DNA of 64,000 nt, from NCBI GenBank assembly GCA_965205025.1, contig CBDBFU010000033.1, positions 1-64,000 on the forward strand, read 5' to 3'. This DNA comes from Candidatus Poribacteria bacterium (GTDB taxonomy: Bacteria > Poribacteria > WGA-4E > WGA-3G). The notes below the pieces were generated by a model, which saw only the letters and a list, made by a program, of their open reading frames with translations, ran no database searches and was not told the DNA's origin. The first letter of the stretch is position 1; each line of letters begins with the position of its first letter. The position numbers and the translations under genes were made by a program. Below, piece by piece: positions 9,789 through 20,349 of the stretch.

Positions 9789-10808
9789 ATGAACATTTCA
9801 AAAATCGGTGTTGGTGTAATTGGTACAGGTAGGATTGGAAGGGTTCACATAGATCATCTGTGCCAGAATATACCTAATGCTGAAGTTCTCAGTATCTGTA
9901 GTTTAGATACAGATATTGCGAAGACCCTCTCTGATCAATATTCCATCCCACATATTACCTCTCAATATAACCAACTCTTAGACAATTCAAATATAGACGC
10001 AATAGTCGTAGCTTCTTCAACAGATACACATGTTGAAATATGTCAGGCTGCGGCAGATGCGGGAAGACATATCTTCTGTGAAAAACCAATTGCCTTGGAT
10101 TTGACGGCAATTGAAGAAACATTAACAATAGTCAAGAACACTGGTGTGAAATTTCAGGTGGGATTTAATCGACGGTTTGATGTTAATTTTCAGCGTTTAC
10201 ATGAGATAATCATGAAAGGAGAAATCGGAGATCCACATATACTACGAATTACGAGTCGAGATCCTGCCCCTCCACCAATTGAATATATCAAGGTATCTGG
10301 AGGTTTGTTCCTTGATATGACAATACATGATTTCGATATGGCTCGATTTTTGATTGGTGATGAAGTAGAGGAAATCTATGCTGTGGGTGATGTCAATGTT
10401 GATTCAGAAATTGGTGAGGTTGGCGATATTGATACAGCAGTAATCACACTTCGTTTTAAGCATGGTGTCTTGGGTACAATTGACAATAGCAGACAAGCAG
10501 TCTATGGATACGATCAAAGGATTGAGGTATTTGGCTCAAAAGGAATGGTGTCTGTAGGGAATTCAATTACTGATACGGTAACATCTACTCTGAAGAATGG
10601 AAGTATCACTTCCTTACCCCACTACTTCTTTATAGAAAGATATAAACAAGCTTATTTAACAGAAATGGAATCGTTTATTCAGTGTATAATTGAGGATACA
10701 GAACCCATGGTTACGGGTGAGGATGGAAAATTACCTATACAGATGGGATATGCTGCTTTCAAGTCCCTAAGTGAAAACCGACCGGTCCGTATATCTGAAA
10801 TTCAGTAG
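9789..10808 (+). CDS. iolG: Inositol 2-dehydrogenase
   Basis: GTGRIG, CEKP, GFNRRFD, ITSRDP, DMTIHDFD, YGYDQRIEVFG. Confidence 0.9.
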   Translation: MNISKIGVGVIGTGRIGRVHIDHLCQNIPNAEVLSICSLDTDIAKTLSDQYSIPHITSQYNQLLDNSNIDAIVVASSTDTHVEICQAAADAGRHIFCEKPIALDLTAIEETLTIVKNTGVKFQVGFNRRFDVNFQRLHEIIMKGEIGDPHILRITSRDPAPPPIEYIKVSGGLFLDMTIHDFDMARFLIGDEVEEIYAVGDVNVDSEIGEVGDIDTAVITLRFKHGVLGTIDNSRQAVYGYDQRIEVFGSKGMVSVGNSITDTVTSTLKNGSITSLPHYFFIERYKQAYLTEMESFIQCIIEDTEPMVTGEDGKLPIQMGYAAFKSLSENRPVRISEIQ

Positions 10809-10824
10809 AATTATTTAGAACTGA

Positions 10825-11553
10825 TTACTCACCACCAACATCCCCAACTTCGATTTCAATCTCATCTCGATTTCTGATACGTTCAACCAGTCCATCTCGT
10901 ATATCGACGATCCTATCAGACACATCAAGCATTTTCAGATCATGTGTTGCAGAAATTACAGTGACACCGTCTTCAGTATTTAATTGTTTGATGAGATCTA
11001 TAATCTCTCGTCCTGTAACTGTATCAAGGTTAGCAGTAGGTTCATCAGCAAGGATAATGCTGGGATCGTTTGCGAGTGCTCTTGCGATTGCAACGCGTTG
11101 TCGTTGACCTCCAGAGAGTTCGTCAGGTAGGTGGTACATCCGATCCCCTAATCCAACTTTATCAAGGAGTTCTTCAGCTTTCCTATTTCGATCTTTATCA
11201 GGTATACCAGCAAAAATCATTGGCAAAGTTACGTTTCCGTGTGCTGTCCGGACGTTTAGTAGGTTATAACTTTGGAAGATATAGCCGACTCGATGACATC
11301 GAAAAGCAGCAATTTGTCGTTGGGAAAGATTGGACATATTTTGACCATCAATATATACTTGTCCTTCAGTTGGTCGGTCAAGTGCACCGATCATATTGAA
11401 TAGAGTTGACTTACCTGAACCAGAAGGTCCCATCAAAGAGATATATTCTCCACGTTGGATTTCAATATTTATACCATCCAGTGCACGTAGAACATTAGAA
11501 CCCATTCTATATTCTTTGACAACATCTTCAGTTTTTACAACGATATCAGGCAT
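10825..11553 (-). CDS. ABC transporter ATP-binding protein (LolD/MacB-like)
   Basis: GPSGSGKST, LSGGQRQR, ILADEPT, H-loop ATHD. Confidence 0.92.
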   Translation of the reverse strand: MPDIVVKTEDVVKEYRMGSNVLRALDGINIEIQRGEYISLMGPSGSGKSTLFNMIGALDRPTEGQVYIDGQNMSNLSQRQIAAFRCHRVGYIFQSYNLLNVRTAHGNVTLPMIFAGIPDKDRNRKAEELLDKVGLGDRMYHLPDELSGGQRQRVAIARALANDPSIILADEPTANLDTVTGREIIDLIKQLNTEDGVTVISATHDLKMLDVSDRIVDIRDGLVERIRNRDEIEIEVGDVGGE

Positions 11554-11621
11554 AGTATATCCTTATTACTTCCAAGATTACATAATCCAATTCTGTAGAA
11601 TTACACATTTATAGTGATAGA

Positions 11622-12299
11622 TTAGACTTCTGTTCGCATTGCTTCTGCAGGAGGAAGCTTTGCTGCACGCCATGCAGGAAATGATGAACCCACAATTGCT
11701 AATATCATTCCAAGAATACATCCGATTAGAATTAGGAGTAGAACACCAACCTGAAATGATCCATTGTCTAGACTTGCGGGAAATAGAGGGAAATAGAAGA
11801 AAAGATCCATCCCATAATTCTTTAGCCCTAAAAGAACAGCACCTAATGTACCAATTAATGCTCCAATTAATGCTCCTGCAAACCCCTGGAATCCAGATTC
11901 AAGTAAAAATAGTCGAACAACAAATCCATCTAATGCTCCTAAACATTTCATTGTACCAATCTCACGAAATCGTTCAGTAACAGCCATTAACATGGAATTT
12001 GCAATACCAACAACGCAGACGATGAGTGACATGATAATAAGCCAAATATCTTTTGTTGATATACCTTGTTCTGATGTTTCGTCAAGGTTTGTGATAGCGG
12101 AAATCCGTCCACTTTCTTGTAGAGCAAGGTCTATTTCATTATTTGTCCATACAGAGACCAAGAAAGCGATCCCAAGCGTAATCCCTGCAGTAGTAATAAT
12201 TGATCTACCAAACCGTATTTTTAGGCTTTGGAAACTAATTTTTAATGATTCAATAAATGGAAGATCTATTTGTTCTTCTATTGATGTTCTCTGATCCAA
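11622..12299 (-). CDS. FtsX-like ABC permease (short form)
   Basis: GIANSMLMAVTERFREIGTMKCLGA, PAWRAAKLPPAEAMR. Confidence 0.88.
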   Translation of the reverse strand: MDQRTSIEEQIDLPFIESLKISFQSLKIRFGRSIITTAGITLGIAFLVSVWTNNEIDLALQESGRISAITNLDETSEQGISTKDIWLIIMSLIVCVVGIANSMLMAVTERFREIGTMKCLGALDGFVVRLFLLESGFQGFAGALIGALIGTLGAVLLGLKNYGMDLFFYFPLFPASLDNGSFQVGVLLLILIGCILGMILAIVGSSFPAWRAAKLPPAEAMRTEV

Positions 12300-12484
12300 A
12301 TTCTTCTCTCCAGAAAAAATTGTTATAACAGTATTATATCAAAATTTCTGGTTTTGGTCAAGTCTTCAGAATTGTATAAATAGAAACAGTGTAGAGATGA
12401 AGACAGTAATAACAGTCAATTTAGGTTGAATAAAAACCGCCAAATGTTAAAATTGTGACAAGATATTTTCTTTGGAGGCAACTC

Positions 12485-13072
12485 ATGAAAACGATCAGTA
12501 GATTCTTTATATTCAACCTAATTCTCGCACAAGTACTTATTGCGGGATGTGCTAAACAACCGTCTGTACCTGACGTAGGGGCATTCATTGAGATTTATGG
12601 CGCACCGCATATTGTTCAGGATAATGTTTGTTATTTTATCGGACCTTGGGGACCTGGCGCAGTTGTCCTTAAGATCAATTACAAAGATTTAGGCAAAATG
12701 GATTCGCCAAGATATTTCTATGCAGGCGAGCCTTACCATGAACAAGTTACATCAATTGAATGGGAATACATAGAGGAAGATAAACTCCACTTCTATATTC
12801 CACTTTTGATTGAAAGCATGAAGGATACAACGCAAGGTGGTAAAGGTGGACGTGCTTATGTGCGTTTATATGACATCATAAACATGGGGTTTCCAGATGG
12901 TTATGGTGATTATTATATGCATCCTACAAAGGATGGATTTACCGGCACACCTTTTGTGCGTGATAAATACATGCGTATACCTAAATTTGATGAAACAACC
13001 TATGACAAAGTAATCCAGTGGTGGAACACTGAATTACACGAATTTTATCATCCAGATAATTTTAAGGAGTAA
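12485..13072 (+). CDS. Hypothetical lipoprotein
   Basis: ATG 12485 after GGAGG; signal peptide with lipobox LIAGC. Confidence 0.7.
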   Translation: MKTISRFFIFNLILAQVLIAGCAKQPSVPDVGAFIEIYGAPHIVQDNVCYFIGPWGPGAVVLKINYKDLGKMDSPRYFYAGEPYHEQVTSIEWEYIEEDKLHFYIPLLIESMKDTTQGGKGGRAYVRLYDIINMGFPDGYGDYYMHPTKDGFTGTPFVRDKYMRIPKFDETTYDKVIQWWNTELHEFYHPDNFKE

Positions 13073-13171
13073 ACAATGTCAGATAGTCAGCAAAAAGTAG
13101 AAGTTATACCAATTCTATTTGATTAGTTTACATTATTAGCATTCGGAAAAGTCAATTTACTTCAATAGGTA

Positions 13172-13254
13172 TTCTATAGACATTTCGTCCCTACGGGACT
13201 CAAGATAGTGGGCAAACATGTTTTTCTATAGACATTTCGTCCCTACGGGACTCA
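13172..13254. repeat. REP doublet (two identical 31-bp units)
   Basis: TTCTATAGACATTTCGTCCCTACGGGACTCA twice, 21 nt apart; same family at 59148..59228. Confidence 0.85.
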
Positions 13255-13438
13255 TAAATCATTATATGATTGTTCCTGTCACACTTAAATCATAATGTAA
13301 GTGTATCAATTGGAAATGGTATTATTTTAATATTTGACGATAGACCGCATCATGTCGATGATAACAATCGCACTCGCCAGATAATTATCTTAGGGGAAGA
13401 GTCCTGTAGGATTATATTTGTAGGAATTCTGAAAAGAA

Positions 13439-14191
13439 TTATTGGTTGGAAAGTCGGTTTATCAATGCAGCACTATAACCTGCACCGAAACCGTTATCAA
13501 TGTTTACGACTGTAACTCCGGAGGCACAACTATTTAGCATACCCAGAAGTGCAGCAAGACCACCAAAGCTTGCTCCATAACCTACACTTGTTGGCACTGC
13601 GATAACTGGACAATTAACTAATCCACCCACAACACTTGGTAAAGCACCTTCCATACCAGCAATTACTATAATTACACGGGCATTTAGGAATTTTTCGTGA
13701 TTACTCAGAAGTCTATGCAAACCAGCAACACCCACATCATATAGCCGTTCGGGGGAACACCCCATCATTAGTACGGTATCAGCTGCTTCTTCTGCAACTG
13801 GGAGATCTGATGTTCCAGCGGAGATTATAAGTACACCTGGTATACCTTCGGTATCCGAATGTGGGACAGTGATTGTGCGTCCAAGTTCATTATATTGTGC
13901 ATTAGGACTGATTGCTTTGACAGCCTCAAACATCTCAGGAGTAGCACGAGTTGCCAGAAGTGGATGTCCAGCATTGAGAATGCGTTCACTAATTTGTGCT
14001 ATGTGAGATTCGGTCTTACCCTCACAAAATATCACTTCAGGGTAACCTGTACGTAGTTGTCGGTGGTGGTCAACCTTGGAGAAACCAAGGTCTTCAAAAG
14101 GTAGTGATCGAAGAGATTGAAGTGCATCAGAGACTTCAATCTCTCCACTTTTTACTTGCTCAAGTAAGTTAGTTAGTTTTTCAACATTCAT
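13439..14191 (-). CDS. larB: Nickel-pincer cofactor biosynthesis protein LarB
   Basis: DHHRQLRTGYPEVIFCEGK, AGTSDLPVAEEA, AGMEGALPSVVGG, VVNIDNGFGA. Confidence 0.92.
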   Translation of the reverse strand: MNVEKLTNLLEQVKSGEIEVSDALQSLRSLPFEDLGFSKVDHHRQLRTGYPEVIFCEGKTESHIAQISERILNAGHPLLATRATPEMFEAVKAISPNAQYNELGRTITVPHSDTEGIPGVLIISAGTSDLPVAEEAADTVLMMGCSPERLYDVGVAGLHRLLSNHEKFLNARVIIVIAGMEGALPSVVGGLVNCPVIAVPTSVGYGASFGGLAALLGMLNSCASGVTVVNIDNGFGAGYSAALINRLSNQ

Positions 14192-14265
14192 ATAGTTGAA
14201 ACGTAATACAAGTATATACTACAGATCTGATATAGAGTAATATAGAAGATAGCGATAGAATAGGA

Positions 14266-14676
14266 TTAGGCTTCTTCAGTTGCTTTCTTATCAGATTTCT
14301 TTCCGTTACTAAGTCCAGGTATATTTTCAGTGATCTTACTACGGACATCTGACGATACTTTTTTTCCCGTTTCAACGGCGGATTTCACTTGGTCAGTGGC
14401 ATCCTTTACACGTTCTTTACTTGCTTCAACCAGACCTTGAACACTTTCCTTACCTTGATCAACAAGGTTTTGTACATTTTCTTTCGCTGATTCGCTTGCA
14501 TGTTGTGCTAATTCCAGAGTCTTGTCCTTAGCCTGTATTGAGGTATCCTTAATTTTCTGCCGGGTTTCCTTTCCAGTGGCAGGAGCATAAAGTAGACTAA
14601 TGACAGCACCAGCTAAGAATCCAGTCGTAAATGCAAAAATCATTGTCAGTCCATTATTCCGTCCATCGTTACTCAT
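14266..14676 (-). CDS. YtxH domain protein
   Basis: GFLAGAVISLLYAPATGKETRQKI followed by an amphipathic helical tail. Confidence 0.88.
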   Translation of the reverse strand: MSNDGRNNGLTMIFAFTTGFLAGAVISLLYAPATGKETRQKIKDTSIQAKDKTLELAQHASESAKENVQNLVDQGKESVQGLVEASKERVKDATDQVKSAVETGKKVSSDVRSKITENIPGLSNGKKSDKKATEEA

Positions 14677-14878
14677 TTGTTTTTCCTCTCTATTCTTAGA
14701 TGAATTCTACCATATAATACATTTATCAAGTTCAGATGATAATCATCCGTTTATATAAACGTATTAAAAGGTAAATAGTTTTCAATTAAGTTGTATGTTA
14801 ATAGTTTTACTGATCTTAAGTCAATTAGATTATAGAATGTAATTATTAATTCACATTAATTTGGTTTGTATATAATAC

Positions 14879-15490
14879 TTACTCTGATTCATCTTCTGAG
14901 GTGTTGTCTGGTGTCTCGACAATTTCAACTGAAGAATCGGAGTCACCATTATTCGTATTTGACTGAGGTGTTCCATTTGATTGTGTTGACTTATATATCC
15001 TATCCCAACCCGCCTTTAAACCATGCCAGAGTCCTACAATATCAGCCAGTGATTCTGCAACTTGATTTCTAAAATATTCCGCTTGATGAATTGTATCTCC
15101 TGAAAAAGTTGAAACCTTTTGTACCAGTGTTTCAAGTTCCTGTATACTCTTACTAAGAGCAAGTGTTAATTCTTGAATATTATGTATGGTAGGTTGAACT
15201 TCGTTTTCACTTATCTGTTGAATTGATGCAGTTACACCATTAAGATTCTGTAGTAGTTCAGGTAAATCGTTGTTAATTACTTTTAAGGTTTGTGAAGCAT
15301 CGGTAATTAGTATCCCAATTTCATTATTAACAAGTTTCTCTGTTGAATTTAATGTATTCTGAATACTACTAAGAGAATTCCTTAAACTACTTAATGCTAT
15401 ACATAGATAAATTACCAGTATAGTTAAAGCAATTAAGGCTATACCCAGACTGCATTGCCAAAAAATAGTAATGTATAAATTCCAATCCAT
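14879..15490 (-). CDS. DUF948 (YtxG/YoxC-like) membrane coiled-coil protein
   Basis: N-terminal TM plus coiled coil, directly upstream of ytxH-like gene. Confidence 0.65.
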   Translation of the reverse strand: MDWNLYITIFWQCSLGIALIALTILVIYLCIALSSLRNSLSSIQNTLNSTEKLVNNEIGILITDASQTLKVINNDLPELLQNLNGVTASIQQISENEVQPTIHNIQELTLALSKSIQELETLVQKVSTFSGDTIHQAEYFRNQVAESLADIVGLWHGLKAGWDRIYKSTQSNGTPQSNTNNGDSDSSVEIVETPDNTSEDESE

Positions 15491-15519
15491 CTATTTAGTT
15501 GTTTCCTTTTCTTATTTAA

Positions 15520-15641
15520 CAGGACTTACGCAACTTAAGCAGAAAAAGATAAAATTTAACTTAAAAAGCCGTCATTTCAGTGTTTTAACCCCCTAAATCC
15601 CCCTTATCAGGGGGACTTTAAGATGAAATACGTAAGTCCTG
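15520..15641. mobile_element. MITE with CAGGACTTACG terminal inverted repeats
   Basis: CAGGACTTACG...CGTAAGTCCTG, flanked by 5-bp TTTAA on both sides; internal hairpin TCCCCCTTATCAGGGGGA. Confidence 0.85.
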
Positions 15642-15684
15642 TTTAATTATCCTTATACTAAGAAAGCAATCTATCTTCTCAAAA

Positions 15685-18346
15685 TTACTTCTGGAGCAAG
15701 TCCTCTACGATTTGAGTTGTTGCTTGTATTGCAGTATCAACTTTTTCAGGATTCTTGCTTCCCCCTTGAGCTAATTCAGGTCTTCCACCCCCCTTACCAT
15801 CGGCAAGTTTGGTAATTTCTTGTATAATCTTACCAGCATTTAAACCACGATTCTTAACAAGGTCGGAGGTAACACCTACTACAAATGCAACTTCATCTTC
15901 GGTGATAGAAGCAAGAGACACAACCCCTGATTTCATTCTATCTTTTAGTTCATCAACAAGTTGTCGTAAACTATCTCTGTTGGCTTTTTCTATACTTGAG
16001 GATACAATTTTAATCCCATCAACGATAGCAGCATCTTCTATTAATGTCTGAATATTTGATAATGCTTTTTGACTATTTAATTGTTGGATTTTTAGTTCTA
16101 ATTCTCGTTGTTCCTTCAATAGTTGGTTAATTCTCTCAGATAGATTCTTCTTTGGTATCTTCAAAAGACCTGCTATCTCTGACAATAATATATCATCATT
16201 CTGAATACTTGTAACAGCAGAGTTACCAGTGAATGCTTCAACCCTACGTACACCAGCAGCGATACTACTTTCACTCATTAACTTAACAAAACCGAGATTT
16301 CCGGTACTATCAACATGTGTTCCTCCACATAGTTCTATACTGTAATCACCGGTTTGAACTACTCTGACAACATCTCCATACTTATCACCAAAAGAAAGCC
16401 AAAGCACCTTTCTCTTTTGCATCATCTAAGGACATTTCACTTATTTTGAGATAATCGTTTCCACGTATTTTCTCATTTACATAAACTTCAATTTCCTGTA
16501 GTTGGTCTGAGGTAACTGCTTCATAATGGTTGAAATCGAACCGTAATCGACCTGCTTCTACAAGTGAACCCGCTTGACTCACATGATCACCAAGAATAGT
16601 TCTTAATCCAATATGGAGTAAATGGGTTGCTGTATGACTCACTGCAATTTGTTTTCGTCGTACACTATCAATTGTGGCTGTTACATGGGAGAAAGGAGTA
16701 ATCTCTCCTTCAACTACCTTACATTTATGTGAAATTAGATCAGGTGATGGTTTTTGTGTGTCTATAACGTTCAAAGTAGCATTTGAGTTAACAATGGTTC
16801 CAACATCCCCTACCTGTCCTCCAGATTCTCCATAGAATGGTGTCTGATCAAGGAAAACCGTAACTTCATCACCTTCAGTTGCTCTTGTAACAGATTCAGA
16901 ATCACGGATTAGTGCTACGATTTCTGATTGTGTATTTTCTTGTGTGTATCCTACGAATTCAGTACCACCAGTTTCTTTAAGTACATCCGCATAAAGTGCT
17001 ACTTCATCCTCATTTACACCGCCACCAGATTCTGCCCAATCTGCACGACCACGTGCTCTCTGTTCCTCCATACTTGCTTCAAAACCACCTTCATCAACGG
17101 TGATTCCGCGTTCATGAGCCAATAGTTGAGTGAGATCGAGTGGAAACCCAAATGTATCATATAACTCAAATGCACTTTCACCATCTAATTGATTATTTCC
17201 ATCAGTTTTAATTGAGTCGATTGATTGTTCAAGTATTTCGAGTCCCCGTGCAAGTGTTTGGTGGAATCGTTGTTCTTCAGCTTCAATTATACGTGATATA
17301 AAATCACGTCTGTGTATTACATCGGGGAATGCCTTACCAAGAATATCAATGACATTGTTAACAAGTTGATAAATGAATGGTTCATCCATTCCCAACTTTT
17401 TACCATATAGAACTGCGCGTCGAAGAATTCTTCTAATTACATACCCCCGTCCATCATTGGATGGCATTACACCATCACCGATTGTGAAAGTTAGGCATCG
17501 GATATGGTCGGCAATTACTCTATGAGGTAAACCGTTGTCATCATGTGAGTAGTTTGTACTTGTAATATCAGATATTGCCTGCAGAAGCGGTGTGAATAAA
17601 TCAGTCTTATAGTTAGAGTCCACTCCTTGGAGAATTGAGGTGATTCTCTCGAACCCCATTCCAGTGTCAACATGTGTAGCAGGTAATGGTTCCAAATCAC
17701 CGGATTGATCTCTATTGTATTGTATAAATACGAGATTCCAGAATTCCAAAAATCTATCACTCGTATTTGGACCAGCATCAGGATCATTTTCAGTTTCTGG
17801 AAATGCCTCAACCCCCATATCAATAAACATTTCACTACAGGGACCGCAGGGACCAGTTTCTCCCATTTCCCAGAAGTTATCCTTATCACATCGTCTAATT
17901 CGTGAGAGTGGAATATCGGTCTCTTGTAACCATAAATTCTCCGCTTCATCATCATCAGTATATACAGTCGCCCAGAGAAGTTCAGAAGGTATTTTCCATA
18001 ATTCAGTAACCAATTCCCAAGCAAAAGCAATGGCTTCTTGTTTGTAATAATCTCCAAATGACCAGTTACCGAGCATTTCAAAAAATGTATGGTGACTTGG
18101 TGAATGACCGACTTCCTCAAGATCATTGTGTTTTCCACTGACGCGAAGACATTTCTGTGTATCAACTGCACGAGTATATTCACGTTGACCTATCCCGAGA
18201 AAAACGTCCTTAAATTGGTTCATTCCTGCATTCGTAAATAAGAGTGTAGGATCACCAGCAGGAATTAAGGACGCACTTGGTACGATCATATGTCCCTGTT
18301 TCTTGAAATATTCTAAATAACTTTCTCTGATTTCATCTGATGTCAT
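15685..18346 (-). CDS. alaS: Alanine--tRNA ligase (one apparent +1 frameshift near 16395)
   Basis: DPTLLFTNAGMNQFK, HHTFFEMLGNWSFGDY, HTATHLLH, ELCGGTHV, GGGRPELAQGG; GALAFFGDK restored by removing one base. Confidence 0.97.
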
Positions 18347-18553
18347 TTTTTCACCAACTTCCAAGTTTCTATTATATTCCAATACCACTGAGATTGTCAA
18401 TCCAAATGGTTCGCACTTTGGATCATCAACGCAAATATTATATGTTATTTCTTTTTACAGGAACGACTTCATGCAAATTCTAAACCCTATGCCTAATATT
18501 GTTTATGCCGAATTCACGTTTGTAATAAATAATTAGAAGAATTTAGAAAAAAC

Positions 18554-19177
18554 TTATAAAACCTGTTCCATAACTCTGAGAATTGTATCAGAATCAAAAC
18601 CGCGTCGTACAAGATATGCATGAAGCCGTCTTCTTGCCGTTTGAATAGGTAAACTTCTATATGCTTTAGATCTTTTCTCTGCGATTTGTAGAACTAAGTC
18701 GGTTTCATCTTTTTCTTTTAATTCAGATAATACTTCTTCTATTGTATCTCTATCCACACCTTTTTCTATTAACTCTTGTTTTAGTAGGATAAATCCTCTT
18801 GGGTTCGACTTTTGTCTACGTTGTACCCATTTAACTGCAAACTCTCTATCTTTAATATGTCCTGATTGAATTAATTCGATTACAATCTGCTTTATTGTGT
18901 TATCAGAAAATCCTTCATTTTCAAGGTGTCTTATCATCTGTGTCTTACTGTATATGTTTTCCTTAAGTATAGATAAAGCATTGTTTTTTGCGCGCATGGC
19001 TTCATCTGCAGCAATTAGCTTTTCTATAATGTGGGATTCTATTGACAGACCAAGACAGAGACCGAAATTATCAATTAATACTGAAGGAATTACAAGACTA
19101 TCTTTGTTATCAAAGTGAATTACATGATGTGAAGTTATTTTTTGATGTTTTTGAATATCAATTATTGTCTGTTTCAT
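18554..19177 (-). CDS. recX: Regulatory protein RecX
   Basis: DREFAVKWV, PRGFILLKQELIEKGV, YLVRRGF; usual recX-alaS order. Confidence 0.85.
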   Translation of the reverse strand: MKQTIIDIQKHQKITSHHVIHFDNKDSLVIPSVLIDNFGLCLGLSIESHIIEKLIAADEAMRAKNNALSILKENIYSKTQMIRHLENEGFSDNTIKQIVIELIQSGHIKDREFAVKWVQRRQKSNPRGFILLKQELIEKGVDRDTIEEVLSELKEKDETDLVLQIAEKRSKAYRSLPIQTARRRLHAYLVRRGFDSDTILRVMEQVL

Positions 19178-19193
19178 TTAATTGATTCCAAAG

Positions 19194-19222
19194 ATTTGGG
19201 TAGAATTTAATTCTACCCAAAT
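19194..19222. terminator. Perfect palindrome between the ThuA gene and recX (terminator or binding site)
   Basis: ATTTGGGTAGAATT-T-AATTCTACCCAAAT. Confidence 0.45.
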
Positions 19223-19289
19223 ACATCACGAGTTAGGAACTGAGGAATAGTTATTTGGAATAATCAATACTGTCTAATCCTTAGAATTT

Positions 19290-19922
19290 CTATTCAGTTC
19301 CATTACTTCCAGCCCAAAGTGCACCACGTTGTAGAAGAGTATTGAACATCTCGTGTTGACATGCAGCTGGGTCATGTCCAAGTGCAAGATAGAAAACTTT
19401 CCCTTCACCCCAATTTTTCGTCCATGCTACAGGCATTGCATCACCTTTCCATAGAGCAGAAGCAAGTACATGGTTACGTGGATCGTAATCAAGTATATAT
19501 TGTTCATCTGTAACAACAAATTCATCAAGTCCTTCAGTAATCTCGTGTTCACTATCGACGATACTCACCTGATAATCACGATAGCGTGGATGTGTGGTGA
19601 AATAACCCCCGACCATTGAGCGATATTCGGGACATCCTCGGAATGAATCTGCGGCAGAATGAATACCAACATACCCCTTCCCTGAAGCAACATGATTGAG
19701 TAATCCGTTTTTCTGTGCATCTGAGATTTCACCAACAGTATAATAGAATACGATTAGATCATAGGGATCTAATTTAGGTGATACCAATGCATCAAGATCA
19801 TCTTCAACAGTTGTAATTTCAAATTCGTCACGTTGAGATAGTGATTTAACAATTTCTTCACTACAGCCTTGCCAGTTATGAATAGCTCCACCAGCGAAAA
19901 CAAGTGTATTAATTTTTGCCAT
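19290..19922 (-). CDS. ThuA-like domain protein
   Basis: GYVGIHSA, GGYFTTHP, DEQY, WGEGKVFYLALGH. Confidence 0.85.
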   Translation of the reverse strand: MAKINTLVFAGGAIHNWQGCSEEIVKSLSQRDEFEITTVEDDLDALVSPKLDPYDLIVFYYTVGEISDAQKNGLLNHVASGKGYVGIHSAADSFRGCPEYRSMVGGYFTTHPRYRDYQVSIVDSEHEITEGLDEFVVTDEQYILDYDPRNHVLASALWKGDAMPVAWTKNWGEGKVFYLALGHDPAACQHEMFNTLLQRGALWAGSNGTE

Positions 19923-20169
19923 GATAAGTCTCCTTATATGATAATGTGCTATTATAGCATAAACGACTGATTTTTACAAAAACGGTTTCTAAAAGATATG
20001 TTCTGTTTTTGCCATGAATATCTTGGATCAGTTGAATTGGCGTGAGAAACGTGGTGAAAATCAGAAACACTTTGAAAATAGACAACCGTATATCAGAAAT
20101 TGTCAAAACAGTAGTAAATATTATCATCTGACATATTTAGCTTTATATGTTATGATATTTCATGAGTAA

Positions 20170-20349
20170 GTGATTAGCGGAATAATAGGTAGTGATTCCA
20201 GATTAGTCGTAGTCGTTACTTCAGAACATAATTCTGAAATTATAATGTTTACACCAGATGGAAAATCTCTGGTATGTGCTGCAAATACACTTGTAGGTGA
20301 TGATGCTGACGGTATGATTTATTTATGGGATATGGAGGGTATAGAATGA
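20170..20349 (+). pseudogene. 3' remnant of a third WD40 gene
   Basis: Translates ...MFTPDGKSLVCAA...DGMIYLWDMEGIE*; same end and ATGA junction as the next gene. Confidence 0.7.

Noticed and set aside
13172-13254. CRISPR mini-array
   Set aside because: Only two units, a 21-nt spacer, the same repeat dispersed elsewhere and no cas genes; fits REP doublets
13439-14191. Isolated larB as a new pathway
   Set aside because: lar genes are often scattered across genomes
16385-16425. Split alaS or programmed frameshift
   Set aside because: One extra base in a T-run of an essential gene, same pattern as other breaks; assembly error is more likely
20325-20345. Shared MGYGxYR leader peptide on both WD40 proteins
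   Set aside because: Out-of-frame reading of the upstream gene's WDMExIE end; true starts are 20346 and 21491
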